A DNA stretch of 64,000 nt, taken from NCBI GenBank assembly GCA_963728565.1, contig CAVSLC010000020.1, positions 101,605 to 165,604 on the forward strand, read 5' to 3'. The DNA comes from an uncultured delta proteobacterium (GTDB lineage Bacteria; Desulfobacterota; Binatia; UBA9968). Numbering within the stretch: position 1 is the stretch's first letter; each line of letters opens with the position of its first letter. The notes beneath the pieces are model-generated. The model was not told the DNA's origin, made no database searches, and saw only the letters and a list, made by a program, of their open reading frames with translations. A program made the position numbers and the translations under genes. Shown piece by piece: positions 51,640-63,922 of this stretch.

Positions 51640-51686
51640 GCTCCCCCTCTCTCGCGGTCGGGAGAGGGGGCTGGGGGGTGAGGGCA
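51640..51686 (+). repeat. REP-like CCCCTCTC...GAGAGGGG-GGGGTGAGGG element
   Basis: gctccccctctctcgcggtcgggagagggggctggggggtgagggca; second copy at 57327. Confidence 0.75.
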
Positions 51687-51689
51687 ACC

Positions 51690-51719
51690 CTGCGAAAACC
51701 CGCTCAAATGCGCTATACT
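51690..51719 (+). promoter_or_regulatory. Putative proximal uvrB promoter
   Basis: TATACT -10 at 51714-51719; weak -35 (ctgcga). Confidence 0.4.
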
Positions 51720-51775
51720 TCACCCCCTGACGCCCGCCTCCCGCGCGGGCTTCGCTGCCTCTGGGGGGTTCCCTG

Positions 51776-53794
<2,019 letters not shown>

Positions 53795-54041
53795 GAGCGC
53801 GGTGGTGGTTCCCGTCTGACATCGCCAGGGTGCGTTTCGTCGAACCATAGCCACGTACGATCCAACCTGATCGCCTTCGCGGCTACGCTCGGACGACTTG
53901 ATCGCCGCGAACCGGTTCGGGAGGAGTCGCGAATGGGGTTCGATCCTTGTGCCCCGCCGGTCAATCACCACCCGCCTCCGCTGGCCCTCGGCACAGCGTC
54001 GTGACGCTTCGACTCCATGCTCTCGCTGTCCGCTTCGTAGC

Positions 54042-54160
54042 AAGCTGAGCGTCGAGCAGGAAGCGGCCATCCGCGCCTTCGCCGGGACCAAGAGTCAGCG
54101 TGCATCGCCGCCGACTTCGGCGTCAGCCACGAGACGATCCGGGCGGTGCCGCGCGAGGCG
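54042..54160 (+). pseudogene. HTH fragment
   Basis: KLSVEQEAAIRAFAGTKSQRA, then after a frameshift AADFGVSHETIRAV; no start. Confidence 0.5.
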
Positions 54161-54355
54161 GGCAAGGTCAGCGTCGCACGACCAACCTGGAGCGCGCGAC
54201 ACAGACCAGCCCGTGCCGGTGGGCCGGCCGACCTGGGCCCAGACGGCGAAGCGGCTGCCCCGGGTCGGGGCAGCCGCTTCGGCCGAAATAGGTGGCAGCG
54301 AACGCCGGTTCCGCGTCACCAGCTCGGTCACCGGTCTCGCCGGGACCGCGCTAAT

Positions 54356-54676
54356 TCAGAGCGCACCTCCCTTGAAACAGGTCAGGTTGCAGCAGTCCCT
54401 GTTACCGTCGCACCGCTGGCCGCCCTGCCGACAACAGAATCGTGCCTCGGGCGGACCGCCGCAGGTGCGGTTCCGGCAACACGGGCGCCCATGGGGCCGG
54501 CAGGATGCCCGCAATTCGAGGCAGCGCTGCCCGTGGTGCCGCTTGTGCCTGGTTGCGTCGACCGGTAGTACGCCCATCAGCCCGAGGCTCACGCCACCGA
54601 GGGCGCCGAGCATCCCCCGCCGCGAGCGGCAGCCGCTGAGCCACCGCGCCAGCGCCACAACGCGATTACCTTCCAC
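54356..54676 (-). CDS. Small Tat-signal, cysteine-rich secreted protein
   Basis: GGAGG RBS and GTG; SRRGMLG twin-arginine motif; two C-x6-C-x5/6-CC-x3/4-C units. Confidence 0.7.
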   Translation of the reverse strand: MEGNRVVALARWLSGCRSRRGMLGALGGVSLGLMGVLPVDATRHKRHHGQRCLELRASCRPHGRPCCRNRTCGGPPEARFCCRQGGQRCDGNRDCCNLTCFKGGAL

Positions 54677-55485
54677 CGATGGCCTCCCGACGCGCTTCTC
54701 GCCCCGTTCGGAGTCCCGCGCCCCGAACACCGGTCCCATTGTCCCCGTGGCGTCCGGACCGGGCATCCTCAGAACTATGCAATTGGGGTGCGCAGATCCG
54801 CGGCCGTCCCTACCGATGGCGATTGCGGTGAACGGTCACGAACCGCGGTTTTCCAGCGGCTCGCCGCGTCGCTCGTCGTCATCTGCGTTGGAGATAGAAC
54901 CATTTCCGCAAGATCCTCTGCCCAAGCGCACCGATCAAGACCGACATTCGCGTCGCGAATGAGCCGTGTCGTTGGCATCAGCGCGGCAACCTTCGTGCCG
55001 TGCTCGGCGGCCAGCAACGGAGTTTTGATCGGCGCTCTTCGTTGTTCGCCGTCCGATCGAATCGGCGAATACGGTCAATCTGATTCCCCGTCCATCGGGG
55101 CAGGGCGGGGCACCTCCCCGGCGCGGGTTCCATTTCAACAGTCAGACGGGCTATGGGGTGTCAACGATTTGGCAGCCAGCCTGACAATTCGGGAACAGTG
55201 GGATGCGGCGCAGGGACCGCTGGCGCCGCCATCGCCGCCTCCCGCCCGTAGCAGGCGATCGTTCCGTCGAGAGTCGTCGCGCCGGAGTGGAGATTGACGC
55301 GGAGATGGAATGCCCCATCGCCCGCCGGACCCATTCGGCGCCGTATGTGGTTCCTCTCCCGGACGGGTTTGCGGGACGTAGGTCACGCGGACGTCGCCAG
55401 CGGGGCGATCCGATGCGAGCCCGTGCGCCAAGGGATCGGTGATCGGCACCAGGGTCGTCAGCATCGAACTTTGGCGCCGGATCAT

Positions 55486-55651
55486 GCGGGGCTGAACCTC
55501 CCTCATCCAGTCGGTGCTCTCACCCGGCGCTGATCCCGATAAGCCGGCTCAAGCCGACTGAGCACGAAAGCGCGGCCGATCTGCTACGATGACGTTCTCA
55601 GCCCTCTTCAGAGGGCTTATTGGGTTGAGCGCGGGGTCTTCAGCCCCGCGC
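55486..55651. repeat. Inverted pair of composite REP-like units
   Basis: gcggggctgaa...cccgataagccggctcaagccgactgag (+) against gcggggctgaagaccccgcgctcaacccaataagccctctgaagagggctgag (-). Confidence 0.6.
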
Positions 55652-55700
55652 GCCACCGGCGCGACGGTTCGATGGTGGCAACCATTGCGGGGGAAGGGGC

Positions 55701-56198
55701 GTGGCAAACCACCACCAGCAACACCAGGCCACGCCCGAACCATTGATCCTCGTCCTCCACGGCCCCAACCTCAACCTCCTCGGCCCCCGCGAACCCGCCA
55801 TCTACGGCGCGACCACCTTGCCCGAGATCGATGACCGGCTGCGCCGGCTCGCCGCTTCAGCAACACCGCCCGTGCGGGTCGAGACGCGCCAGTCCAACCA
55901 CGAGGGCGTGCTGATCGACACGATCCAGGAACTCGGACCCGGCGCGGCCGGCATCGTCATCAACCCCGGCGGGCTGACCCACTACTCCATCGCCTTGCGC
56001 GACGCGCTGGCCGCCGTCGGCATGCCGGTGATCGAGGTCCACCTCTCGAACATCCACGCCCGCGAGCAGTTCCGCCACCACTCGGTGGTGGCGCCGGTCG
56101 CGGTCGGCCAGATCGCCGGGTTGGGGGCGGACGGTTATCTGCTGGCGCTGCGCTATCTCATCGAGCGCTACACCGAGTCCAGTTTGGGGGGAGAATGA
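55701..56198 (+). CDS. aroQ: Type II 3-dehydroquinate dehydratase
   Basis: [21 protein letters not shown] and [15 protein letters not shown]. Confidence 0.96.
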   Translation: MANHHQQHQATPEPLILVLHGPNLNLLGPREPAIYGATTLPEIDDRLRRLAASATPPVRVETRQSNHEGVLIDTIQELGPGAAGIVINPGGLTHYSIALRDALAAVGMPVIEVHLSNIHAREQFRHHSVVAPVAVGQIAGLGADGYLLALRYLIERYTESSLGGE

Positions 56199-57283
56199 TG
56201 GATCGACTCGACCGCCTGCGCGCGCTCCTGACCGAGCGCAACCTCAACGCGGCGCTGATCTCGCTGGCGGCCAACCGCTACTACCTGACCGGCTTTCCCG
56301 CCGACGACCACGGGACGGACGAATCGGCCGGGTTCCTGATCGTCGACCGCGAGCAAGCGACGCTCATCACCGGCGCCACCAACGCGCCGTGGGCGGCGGC
56401 GACGGTGCGGCCCGGTGTCACGGTCGTCGCCGCCGAGCGGCCGTGGGAGCGGACGGTCGGGGAACGACTGCGTGAGTTCCCGCAGGTCGGCTTCGAGGAC
56501 GCCGCGCTGACCGTCGCCGGCCTCCGCGCGGTGCGGGAGGCGGCCGGCGGCCGGATCGGATTCGTACCGCTCGGCGCCGCCGTCAGCGGGTTGCGGGCGG
56601 TCAAGGAGCCGGCCGAGCTCGACCTGATGGCGCGGATCATCCGACTGACCGACGAGGTCTTCGTCGCCGCCACCGCGGACCTGACCGCCGGCACGACCGA
56701 GCGACAACTGGCGAGGCGGATCGACCGCACGATGCTCGATCTCGGCGCCGACGGCCCCGCCTTCCCGACGATCGTCGCCGCCGGGCCGCACGGCGCCCGC
56801 CCCCACCACACCCCGACCGACCGCCCGATCGCCCCGAGCGAGCCCGTGATCATCGATATGGGGGTCGCCATCGACGGCTACGCCGGCGACCTGACCCGGA
56901 CGATCTGGGTCGGCGAGCCGACGGAGCGGCTGCGCGCCATTTACAATGTTGTGTACGATGCCCAGCGAGCGGCGCTGGCGGCGCTGCGGGCAGGCCTCTC
57001 GGGGAAGGAAGCCGACGCGCTCGCCCGCGAGCCGATCACCGCGGCCGGCTACAGCGAACAGTTCACGCACGGGCTCGGGCACGGCCTCGGGATCCGCGTC
57101 CACGAGGCGCCGTCGCTGGGCAAGAAATCGGAGGAAGCGCTGCGGCCGGGACAGGTGGTGACGGTCGAGCCGGGTATCTACATCGAAGATTGGGGCGGGG
57201 TCCGGATCGAAGACGTCGGCGTCGTCGAGGCCAACGGCTTTCGCAACTTGACCGCCGCGCCGAAACCGAGCCTGACGGCGTAG
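56195..57283 (+). CDS. M24 Xaa-Pro aminopeptidase
   Basis: [29 protein letters not shown] and GGVRIED. Confidence 0.94.
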   Translation: MMDRLDRLRALLTERNLNAALISLAANRYYLTGFPADDHGTDESAGFLIVDREQATLITGATNAPWAAATVRPGVTVVAAERPWERTVGERLREFPQVGFEDAALTVAGLRAVREAAGGRIGFVPLGAAVSGLRAVKEPAELDLMARIIRLTDEVFVAATADLTAGTTERQLARRIDRTMLDLGADGPAFPTIVAAGPHGARPHHTPTDRPIAPSEPVIIDMGVAIDGYAGDLTRTIWVGEPTERLRAIYNVVYDAQRAALAALRAGLSGKEADALAREPITAAGYSEQFTHGLGHGLGIRVHEAPSLGKKSEEALRPGQVVTVEPGIYIEDWGGVRIEDVGVVEANGFRNLTAAPKPSLTA

Positions 57284-57326
57284 CAGTCCTGGCTGTTTGG
57301 CCACCGCCGCGGGGGAACGCCGGCGG

Positions 57327-57370
57327 GCTCCCCGCTCTCGCGCACGGGAGAGGGGCTGGGGGTGAGGGCA
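57327..57370 (+). repeat. REP-like element, copy 2
   Basis: gctccccgctctcgcgcacgggagaggggctgggggtgagggca. Confidence 0.75.
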
Positions 57371-57412
57371 CTCCCACGGCAGCGTGAGGAAAACGTAGGA
57401 GCAGTTCAGGTC

Positions 57413-57976
57413 ATGATCGACACGGGCGACTTGCGCAAGGGATTGACGCTGGACATGGACGGGCGCCTGGTCAAGGTGCTCGACTACGCGCACAACAAAC
57501 AGGGGCGCGGCTCGGCCCAGGTGCGGATGACGCTGCGCGATCTGCGGACCGGGGCGATCACGCAGTACTCGGTCCAGGCCGGCGCCCGCTTCACCCCGGT
57601 CCGGTTGGAGCGGCAGCACGTCCAGTACCTCTACGCCGAAGGCGACCACTACCACTTCATGGACACCGAGACCTTCGACCAGATCGCCCTCTCGCGGCGA
57701 GGCGATGGGCGAGGCGGTCAAGTATCATCAAGGAGAGCGACGTCGTCGATCTGCTGACCTACAACGACGAGCCGATCGACATCGAGCTGCCGACGGCGGT
57801 CAACCTGACCGTCGCCGAGACCGATCCCGGCCTGAAGGGCGACACCGCCAGCGGCGCGACCAAGCCGGCGACGCTGGAGACGGGGCTGGTCGTCAGCGTG
57901 CCGCTCTTCGTCAACATCGGCGACATGGTCAAGGTCGACACCCGGACCGGCGCAGTACCTCGAGCGGGTGAGCTGA
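57413..57976 (+). CDS. efp: Elongation factor P, frameshifted
   Basis: [32 protein letters not shown], then [20 protein letters not shown] in another frame. Confidence 0.92.
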
Positions 57977-58511
57977 GTGGACGTCGACGGGCGACCGCCG
58001 CCTGGAACGCGGCGACCGGCCGAGCTTCGAGGCGCTCATTTCCTCCCTGATCGCGCTGATGCGCGACGGGCGGGATCGGCGAGCTCGACCTGTCGTTCGA
58101 GCGCGGTATCGATCCGGTTGCGGGCGCAGGCGGCGCCACCGCCGGCGGTGAACAACCCACCCTCGGCCGTCCCGGCAGAGGAGACGACACCCGTCGTGCC
58201 ACCCGCCGCCGAGCACATCATCACCGCGCCGATGATCGGCACCTATTTACGCCGCCCCGTCGCCTGGGGCGCCGCCGTTCGTCGCGGTCGGCGACGCGGT
58301 CGAGGTCGGGCAGGTGGTCGGCATCATCGAAGCGATGAAGATCATGAACGAGATCACCGCCGACCGGGCCGGGATCGTCGGCTCGCTGCTGGCCGGCAAC
58401 GCCCAGCCGGTCGAGTACGGCTCGCCCCTGATCCGGCTGACCATTCCCGCGGGCGCTTGGGATCTCATGAGCGCGCCGCAGGATCCGGGCCTCGGCGCGG
58501 GCGCGGCGTGA
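57977..58511 (+). CDS. accB: Biotin carboxyl carrier protein, frameshifted
   Basis: ITAPMIGT, then [11 protein letters not shown] and VEYGSPL in another frame; start uncertain. Confidence 0.85.
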
Positions 58512-59761
58512 CCAGCCAGGTCGTTCCCGTTTCGCTGCTGGCGTCGTACCTCCGGGAGGTGCTCGACGGCGACCGGTTGCTGGCCGACGTCTGGGTCGAG
58601 GGCGAGGTCTCGAACCTCTTCCCGGCGCGCTCCGGCCACGTCTACTTCACCCTGCGCGACGCCGAGAGCCAGCTCAAGTGCGTGCTCTTTCGGACCCACG
58701 CCGTCCGCCAGCGCGGTCTGCTCGGCCCCGGCGATCTCGTCGCCGCCCACGGCAATGTCTCGTTCTACGAGCGCGAGGGCACGGTCCAACTCTACGTCGA
58801 CATCGTGCAGCCGGCCGGGCTGGGGCTCGCGGCGCTGCAGTTTGAGCGATTGCGCCAGCAGCTGGCGGCGGAAGGGTTGTTCGACCCGGCGCGCAAGCGG
58901 CCGCTGCCGGCCGCCCCGCGGGCGATCGGCGTCGTCACCTCGCCCGACGGCGCGGTCTGGCACGACATCCAGCACGTCCTGCGCCGCCGCTACCCGCTGA
59001 CCCACCTGATCCTCTCGCCGGCGATGGTCCAGGGCGAGCGCGCCCCGACGTCGCTCGTCGCCGCCCTCGAGGCGTTGCAGCTCGACGGGCGGGCCGAGGT
59101 GATCATCCTCGCCCGCGGCGGCGGATCGGCCGAGGACCTGGCGGCATTCAACGACGAGGCGGTCGTCCGCGCCGTCTTCGCCTGCCGCGTCCCGGTCGTC
59201 AGCGGCGTCGGCCACGAGACCGACCAGACCCTTGTCGACGAGGTCGCCGATCTGCGGGCGCCGACCCCCTCGGCGGCGGCCGAGCTCTGCGCGCCGTCGG
59301 TCATCGACCTGCGAATCCGACTGGCCGACCACGAAGCGCGGCTGACGCGGGCGATCCGGCAGCGATGCGACGGGGAGAAGCTGCGCCTCCACCACATCCA
59401 GTCGCACCTGCGCCGCCTCGACCCGGCCCGCACGCTCGGAACGCGGCAGTCGCTGCTGCGCGAACTGGTCGCCCGCAGCGCCCGCTCGCAGCGCGCCGCC
59501 TTGGAAGCGGCGCGAAGCCGGCTGGCATTGCAACTCGGTCTGCTGCGCGCTCTGGACCCCTCATCGGTGCTCGCCCGTGGTTACGCGGCCCTTTCCGACG
59601 CCGAGACCGGGCGGCCGATTGGCCGGGCGGCGGGCGCGGCCCCGGGCATCGCGCTGCGGGCCGATCTCGCCGACGGTTTCCTGCTCGGCCGGGTCCACAC
59701 CATCCGCGCGATGCGGAATGCGGCCCAGCATGGCCAGACGCCAAACGGGCGGCGGCGATGA
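58508..59761 (+). CDS. xseA: Exodeoxyribonuclease VII large subunit
   Basis: VWVEGEVSN, SGHVYFTL, ARGGGSAEDL, GVGHETD and RAPTPSAAAE. Confidence 0.95.
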   Translation: MTSQVVPVSLLASYLREVLDGDRLLADVWVEGEVSNLFPARSGHVYFTLRDAESQLKCVLFRTHAVRQRGLLGPGDLVAAHGNVSFYEREGTVQLYVDIVQPAGLGLAALQFERLRQQLAAEGLFDPARKRPLPAAPRAIGVVTSPDGAVWHDIQHVLRRRYPLTHLILSPAMVQGERAPTSLVAALEALQLDGRAEVIILARGGGSAEDLAAFNDEAVVRAVFACRVPVVSGVGHETDQTLVDEVADLRAPTPSAAAELCAPSVIDLRIRLADHEARLTRAIRQRCDGEKLRLHHIQSHLRRLDPARTLGTRQSLLRELVARSARSQRAALEAARSRLALQLGLLRALDPSSVLARGYAALSDAETGRPIGRAAGAAPGIALRADLADGFLLGRVHTIRAMRNAAQHGQTPNGRRR

Positions 59762-60066
59762 ACGAGATCGATCGCCCTGAGGGCACCCGGCTCCGCCAGC
59801 CGGCGCCCTTCGCCGAGTGGGAGTGGGCGCTGACCGCCGGTTCCTTCGAGGAAGTCTTCGCCACGCTCGAGGCGGTCGTCGGCCATCTCGAGGACGGCCA
59901 GTTGCCGCTGGCCGAATCGATCGCCTGCTACGAGCTTGGGATGCGGCTGGCCGAACGATGCGAGCAGTTCTTGAGCGAGGCCGAGCTGCGGGTGAGCCGG
60001 TTGGAGGAATCGGTCGCCCGCTTCTACGACGCGACGGCGGCGGCATCGGACGACGACGATGATTGA
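59758..60066 (+). CDS. xseB: Exodeoxyribonuclease VII small subunit
   Basis: SFEE....LEAVV..LE.G.LPL.ES...YE.G..L. Confidence 0.9.
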   Translation: MNEIDRPEGTRLRQPAPFAEWEWALTAGSFEEVFATLEAVVGHLEDGQLPLAESIACYELGMRLAERCEQFLSEAELRVSRLEESVARFYDATAAASDDDDD

Positions 60067-60102
60067 TGCCAAGGGCGCAACTCGCGTCGGCCGGCGATCA
60101 CG

Positions 60103-61140
60103 ATGACCAACGCCGACGCTCCTCTCCCGCTCGGCAAGCTGCCGGGCGCGCTGCTGGGTCGGCTCTTGTCGGCCTACGGGACGGCCGACCCGGCGGTCCT
60201 GGTCGGCCCCGGCATCGGGCGGGACGCGGCGGCGATCGCCCTCGGCGAGGCAGTGCTGGTCGCGAAGACGGACCCGATCACCTTCGCTACGACGGCCGCC
60301 GCCGCCTACCTGGTCGACGTCAACGCCAACGACCTGGCCTGCCTCGGGGCGACACCGCGCTGGCTGCTGGCGACGGCCCTGCATCCCGCGGGGATCACGG
60401 CGAGCGCGGTCGAGGCGCAGTTCGCCGAGCTGACCGAGGTGTGCGCCCGCCGCTCCATCTCGCTCGTCGGCGGCCACACCGAAGTAACGGACGCGGTCGG
60501 GCGGACGGTCCTGGTTGGCTTGCTGCTGGGCGAGACAACCCGTGATAGGCTGCTGCGTCCTGGCCAGGCGCAAGCCGGCGATTGCCTCCTGCTGACCAAA
60601 GCGATCGCACTCGAAGGCACCGCGCTGCTCGCCCGCGAGATCGGCGACCGGCTCCGGCCTCTGGTCGGGGCGAGCGTCGTCGAGCGGGCGGCGCGGCTGC
60701 TGGTCGATCCCGGCATCTCGGTCGTGCCGGAAGCGCGCCGGCTGCTCGACGCGGGCGGTGTCAGCGCGCTGCACGATCCGACCGAGGGCGGGCTGGCGAT
60801 GGCCGTGCGGGAGATGGCCATCGCCTCCGGCCTCGGCGCCGAGATCGAGCGCGAGGCAGTGCCGATCCTGCCGGAGACGGCGGCGATCGCCGGCGCGCTC
60901 GGGCTCGATCCGCTGGGCATGCTGGCCTCCGGCAGTCTGCTGGCGGCGGCGCGGCCGGAGGCGGTCGCCAGCCTGCTCGCGGCGGGCCGCGAGGCCGGCA
61001 TTGCGATCGCCGCGATCGGCCAGTTGGTTCCGGCTGGGGAAGGTTTCGTGCTACGGAATGGGGATCGAGCAGATCAGTTGCCGGTGTACGAGACGGACGA
61101 GGTCAGCCGCGCGCTGTTGTCGGTCACGGAGGGAACATGA
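60103..61140 (+). CDS. AIR synthase-related (PurM/HypE/ThiL superfamily) protein
   Basis: GKLP, GPGIGRDAA, TDPIT, NANDLA, GGHTE and HDPTEGG. Confidence 0.88.
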   Translation: MTNADAPLPLGKLPGALLGRLLSAYGTADPAVLVGPGIGRDAAAIALGEAVLVAKTDPITFATTAAAAYLVDVNANDLACLGATPRWLLATALHPAGITASAVEAQFAELTEVCARRSISLVGGHTEVTDAVGRTVLVGLLLGETTRDRLLRPGQAQAGDCLLLTKAIALEGTALLAREIGDRLRPLVGASVVERAARLLVDPGISVVPEARRLLDAGGVSALHDPTEGGLAMAVREMAIASGLGAEIEREAVPILPETAAIAGALGLDPLGMLASGSLLAAARPEAVASLLAAGREAGIAIAAIGQLVPAGEGFVLRNGDRADQLPVYETDEVSRALLSVTEGT

Positions 61141-62187
61141 CCGGACTGGTCGTCGCCAGCGCCAACGGCAAGGTCGGTATCAAGCAGGCGATCGCGGTCC
61201 TGCGCGGCGGCGGCAGCGCGGTCGACGCAGTCGTCGCCGGCATCCGCCCGGTCGAAGAGAACCCGGACGACCACTCGGTCGGCTACGCCGGGCTGCCAAA
61301 CTTGCTCGGCGAGGTCGAGCTGGACGCCAGCCTGATGGACGGCCGCACCCTGGCTACGGGCGCGGTCGGCGCCTTGCAGGGCTATGCGGACGCGATCGAG
61401 CTGGCGCGGCGGGTGATGGAGGAGTTGCCCCACGTCCTGATCGTCGGCGACGGGGCGCACGCCTGGCCGGCGAGGTCGGGCTCGCGCCGCGGGATCTGCT
61501 GACGCCGGCGGCCGAGCGCGATCTGGCGGACGCGTCTGGAGGAAACGGGCGGCAGCACCGAAGCCTACATGCGCCCGGGTCCGCGAGCTGGTCGGCCCAG
61601 CTGAGCCGCGACCCCGAACTGCCGAACGACCGGAGCGAGATCCACGGCACGGTCAACTTCATCGCCCGCGACCGGGACGGCCAGCTCGCCTGCGGCGTCA
61701 GCACCTCCGGCTGGGCCTGGAAGTATCCCGGCCGCCTGGGCGACTCGCCGATCATCGGCGCCGGCAACTACGCCGACGATCGCTGGGGCGCCGCCGCCTG
61801 CACCGGGCGCGGCGAGATGGCCCAGCGCCTCTGCACCGCCCACGCGTCGTGACCTTCCTGCGCTTCGGGATGAGTCTGGAGGAGTCGCTGCGGACGGCGG
61901 TCGCCGATCTCCACGCGCTGGACGACCCCTACACGTCCGAGATCAACATCGTCGCCGTCGATCGCGACGGCAACCACGCCGCCGCCGCGACGACCCCCGG
62001 CCGCACTTACGTCTACATGACCGAGGAGATGGACGACTGGGTCGAGGCCGCGCGGACGTACCTGCCGCCGGAGCCGGCGCGGGAAGGGACCGCTGGTTGG
62101 CGCGCCCTCGGGCCTACCGCCGGCTCTCGCACCGGGACCTCGGTTGCGGTCGCCGCGCCTCCCGCCATCAACGCCGCCTGCTCCTGA
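61137..62187 (+). CDS. Asparaginase-2 family Ntn hydrolase, frameshifted
   Basis: SVGYAGLPN..GEVELDA..MDG, HGTV, STSG...KYPGRLGDSPIIGAG and TGRGE; 3' end uncertain. Confidence 0.85.
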
Positions 62188-62364
62188 TCCGGGACGACGA
62201 GGACGGCGACGATCATGTCGAGGCCGTCGAAGGCGGCGAACGACGCTCCTCCCTGCGCGATGAACTGCTCGCCTTCGCAGTCGTCGCCGGAGCGGTCGGG
62301 CAGCTCGAGGTCCGCCGAGCCCGGCCGGCTGACGATCATGCAGCGAGGACAAGCGTGTGCCCAT
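62114..62364 (-). CDS. Small hypothetical protein with a CPRC motif (needs a 1-nt correction)
   Basis: Strong third-position GC bias in MIVSRPG...; removing one G after the ATG at 62364 gives MAHACPRCMIVSRPG; end uncertain. Confidence 0.4.
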
Positions 62365-62413
62365 CGGCTTCTGGTACGACGTGGATACAGCCAGTGGCGG
62401 GAGACCTGGCCTG

Positions 62414-62705
62414 CCCTCCCGATCGGGCCGCGGAGGCTGGTGCCTCAGGCGGCCCCGCGGGCTCGCATCGCAGACCCCCGGCGACCGGGTCGGCGCGGTC
62501 CGGAGGCGCTTGGCGCGTCCGGCGCGGGCCGATCGGCGGGGCGGAGAGCAGGTACGCGGCTCGGCGGGGGTTGCGGCCCGCTACGTCACGAAGGGGAGGG
62601 GTTCGCGGTAACCCGGGTGAACGCCGGGGTCTTGGGTGACGGGAGGACGGTCCCGGGACGGTGAGGCGCTGCCCAGGCCCGCGCCCGATCCCGGACGTGC
62701 CGCTT
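62414..62705 (-). ncRNA. Candidate structured ncRNA, copy 2
   Basis: Reverse complement shares identical blocks of 51, 37 and 26 nt with 51281-51567. Confidence 0.7.
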
Positions 62706-62706
62706 A

Positions 62707-62740
62707 AGAACATTTGTATATACGATCGGGCGATTGTCAA
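62707..62740 (-). promoter_or_regulatory. Sigma70 promoter with an overlapping LexA-type box
   Basis: TTGACA-16 bp-TACAAA on the minus strand; AGAAC-ATTT-GTAT on the plus strand at 62707-62719. Confidence 0.7.
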
Positions 62741-62988
62741 GGGGGGGCCGGCCGCATTTTTTCAGACCGGATTCCCGATTGACGTCGGTATGGGACCGAG
62801 CATCGCGTACGTGGTCGGCCGCGAGGCGACGGCGAGGCTCGCGAATCGGGCGAGGCCGAACTGGTGCGGCCGGAAGGCGCCGCGGGAGAGCGGCGGGCGG
62901 GAACATGCCGGAGGCGGGATGGCGGGCTGAGGTGGTGAGCGCCAATGCCAAACTCCGAGTCCGGAATGCCCGTCGCGAGCGCGCCGCC

Positions 62989-63922
62989 TTACGGTTTCGT
63001 CTGCCAGTTGGGATCGAAATCCTCGGCGGGATTGCTGGTGAGCCGTTTCTGACCGCCGCCAATGTTGTTCATGACGTAGATGTTGGTGTTGCCATTGCCG
63101 GTATTGCGGTCGCTGGTGAAGGCGATCTTGCTCCCATCGGGCGACCAGGCGGCGTCGAAGTCCTCCGCCGGATGGTTGGTGAGATTGGCCTGGCTGCTGC
63201 CGTCGGCGTTCATCACGTAGATCTCGGCGTTGCCGTCGCGATGGCTGGTGAAGGCGATCTGCTGCCATCCGGCGACCAAGCGGCGTCGAAGTCGAGCGCC
63301 GGGTTATTGGTGAGATGGCTGGCTGCTGCCGTCGGCGTTCATCACGTAGATCTCGAAGTTGCCATCGCGCGGTGGCTGTGAAGGCGATCTTGGTCCCGTC
63401 CGGCGACCACGTCGGGTGCAGCGTCGTCTCGGCGTTGTTGGTGAGATTACGGGATGCCGCTGCCGTCGGCGTTCATCACGTAGATTTCGCGAGTCGCCGT
63501 CGCGGTCGCTGGCGAAGGCGAGCTTGGTGCCGTCGGGCGACCAGACGGGATAGCGGTCGTCGCGACGTGGGCGGTATGTTGGCCAGGTCGCTGCCGTCGG
63601 CGTTCATCACGTAGATCTCAAAGTCGATGCCGTCCGGTCGCTGCGTGAAGGCGATCTTGGTCCCGTCCGGCGACCAGGCGGGTTCGATGTCGTTCGCGGG
63701 GTTGTTGGTGAGCCGCTTGGTCTTCTTGCGCTTCTTGCCCAGTTCGCCCGTCGCCGTCATCGTGTAGATGTCGGTGCTCCCGGCCCGTTCGCTCCCAAAG
63801 GCGATGCGGCGGTTTTTGCGCCGGCACCACCGCCTCCGCGGTTGGCAGCATCGCGCCCAGCCAGCCGCCGGTCAGCAGGAGCAGGACGAGCAGTCGCGGG
63901 ATCGCATCGCTGTGTGTCGCAT
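62989..63922 (-). CDS. Secreted TolB-like PD40 beta-propeller protein, multiple frameshifts
   Basis: Repeated AWSPDG.KIAF.S.RDG..EIYVMNADGS..NLT units; signal-like N-terminus; GGAG RBS. Confidence 0.85.

Noticed and set aside
53930-53960. tRNA gene
   Set aside because: Only a T-loop-like motif; no cloverleaf or acceptor stem
53898-54962. 354-aa plus-strand ORF
   Set aside because: Arg/Pro/Ser-rich shadow frame, antisense to the cysteine-rich gene; only the short HTH piece looks real
62336-62740. 134-aa ORF covering RNA copy 2
   Set aside because: Its TTG start is the -35 hexamer, and copy 1 has an in-frame stop in the equivalent frame
62989-63760. ~130-bp repeats (gccgtcggcgttcatcacgtagat) as a CRISPR-like array
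   Set aside because: They are coding PD40 propeller blades; no unique spacers and no cas genes
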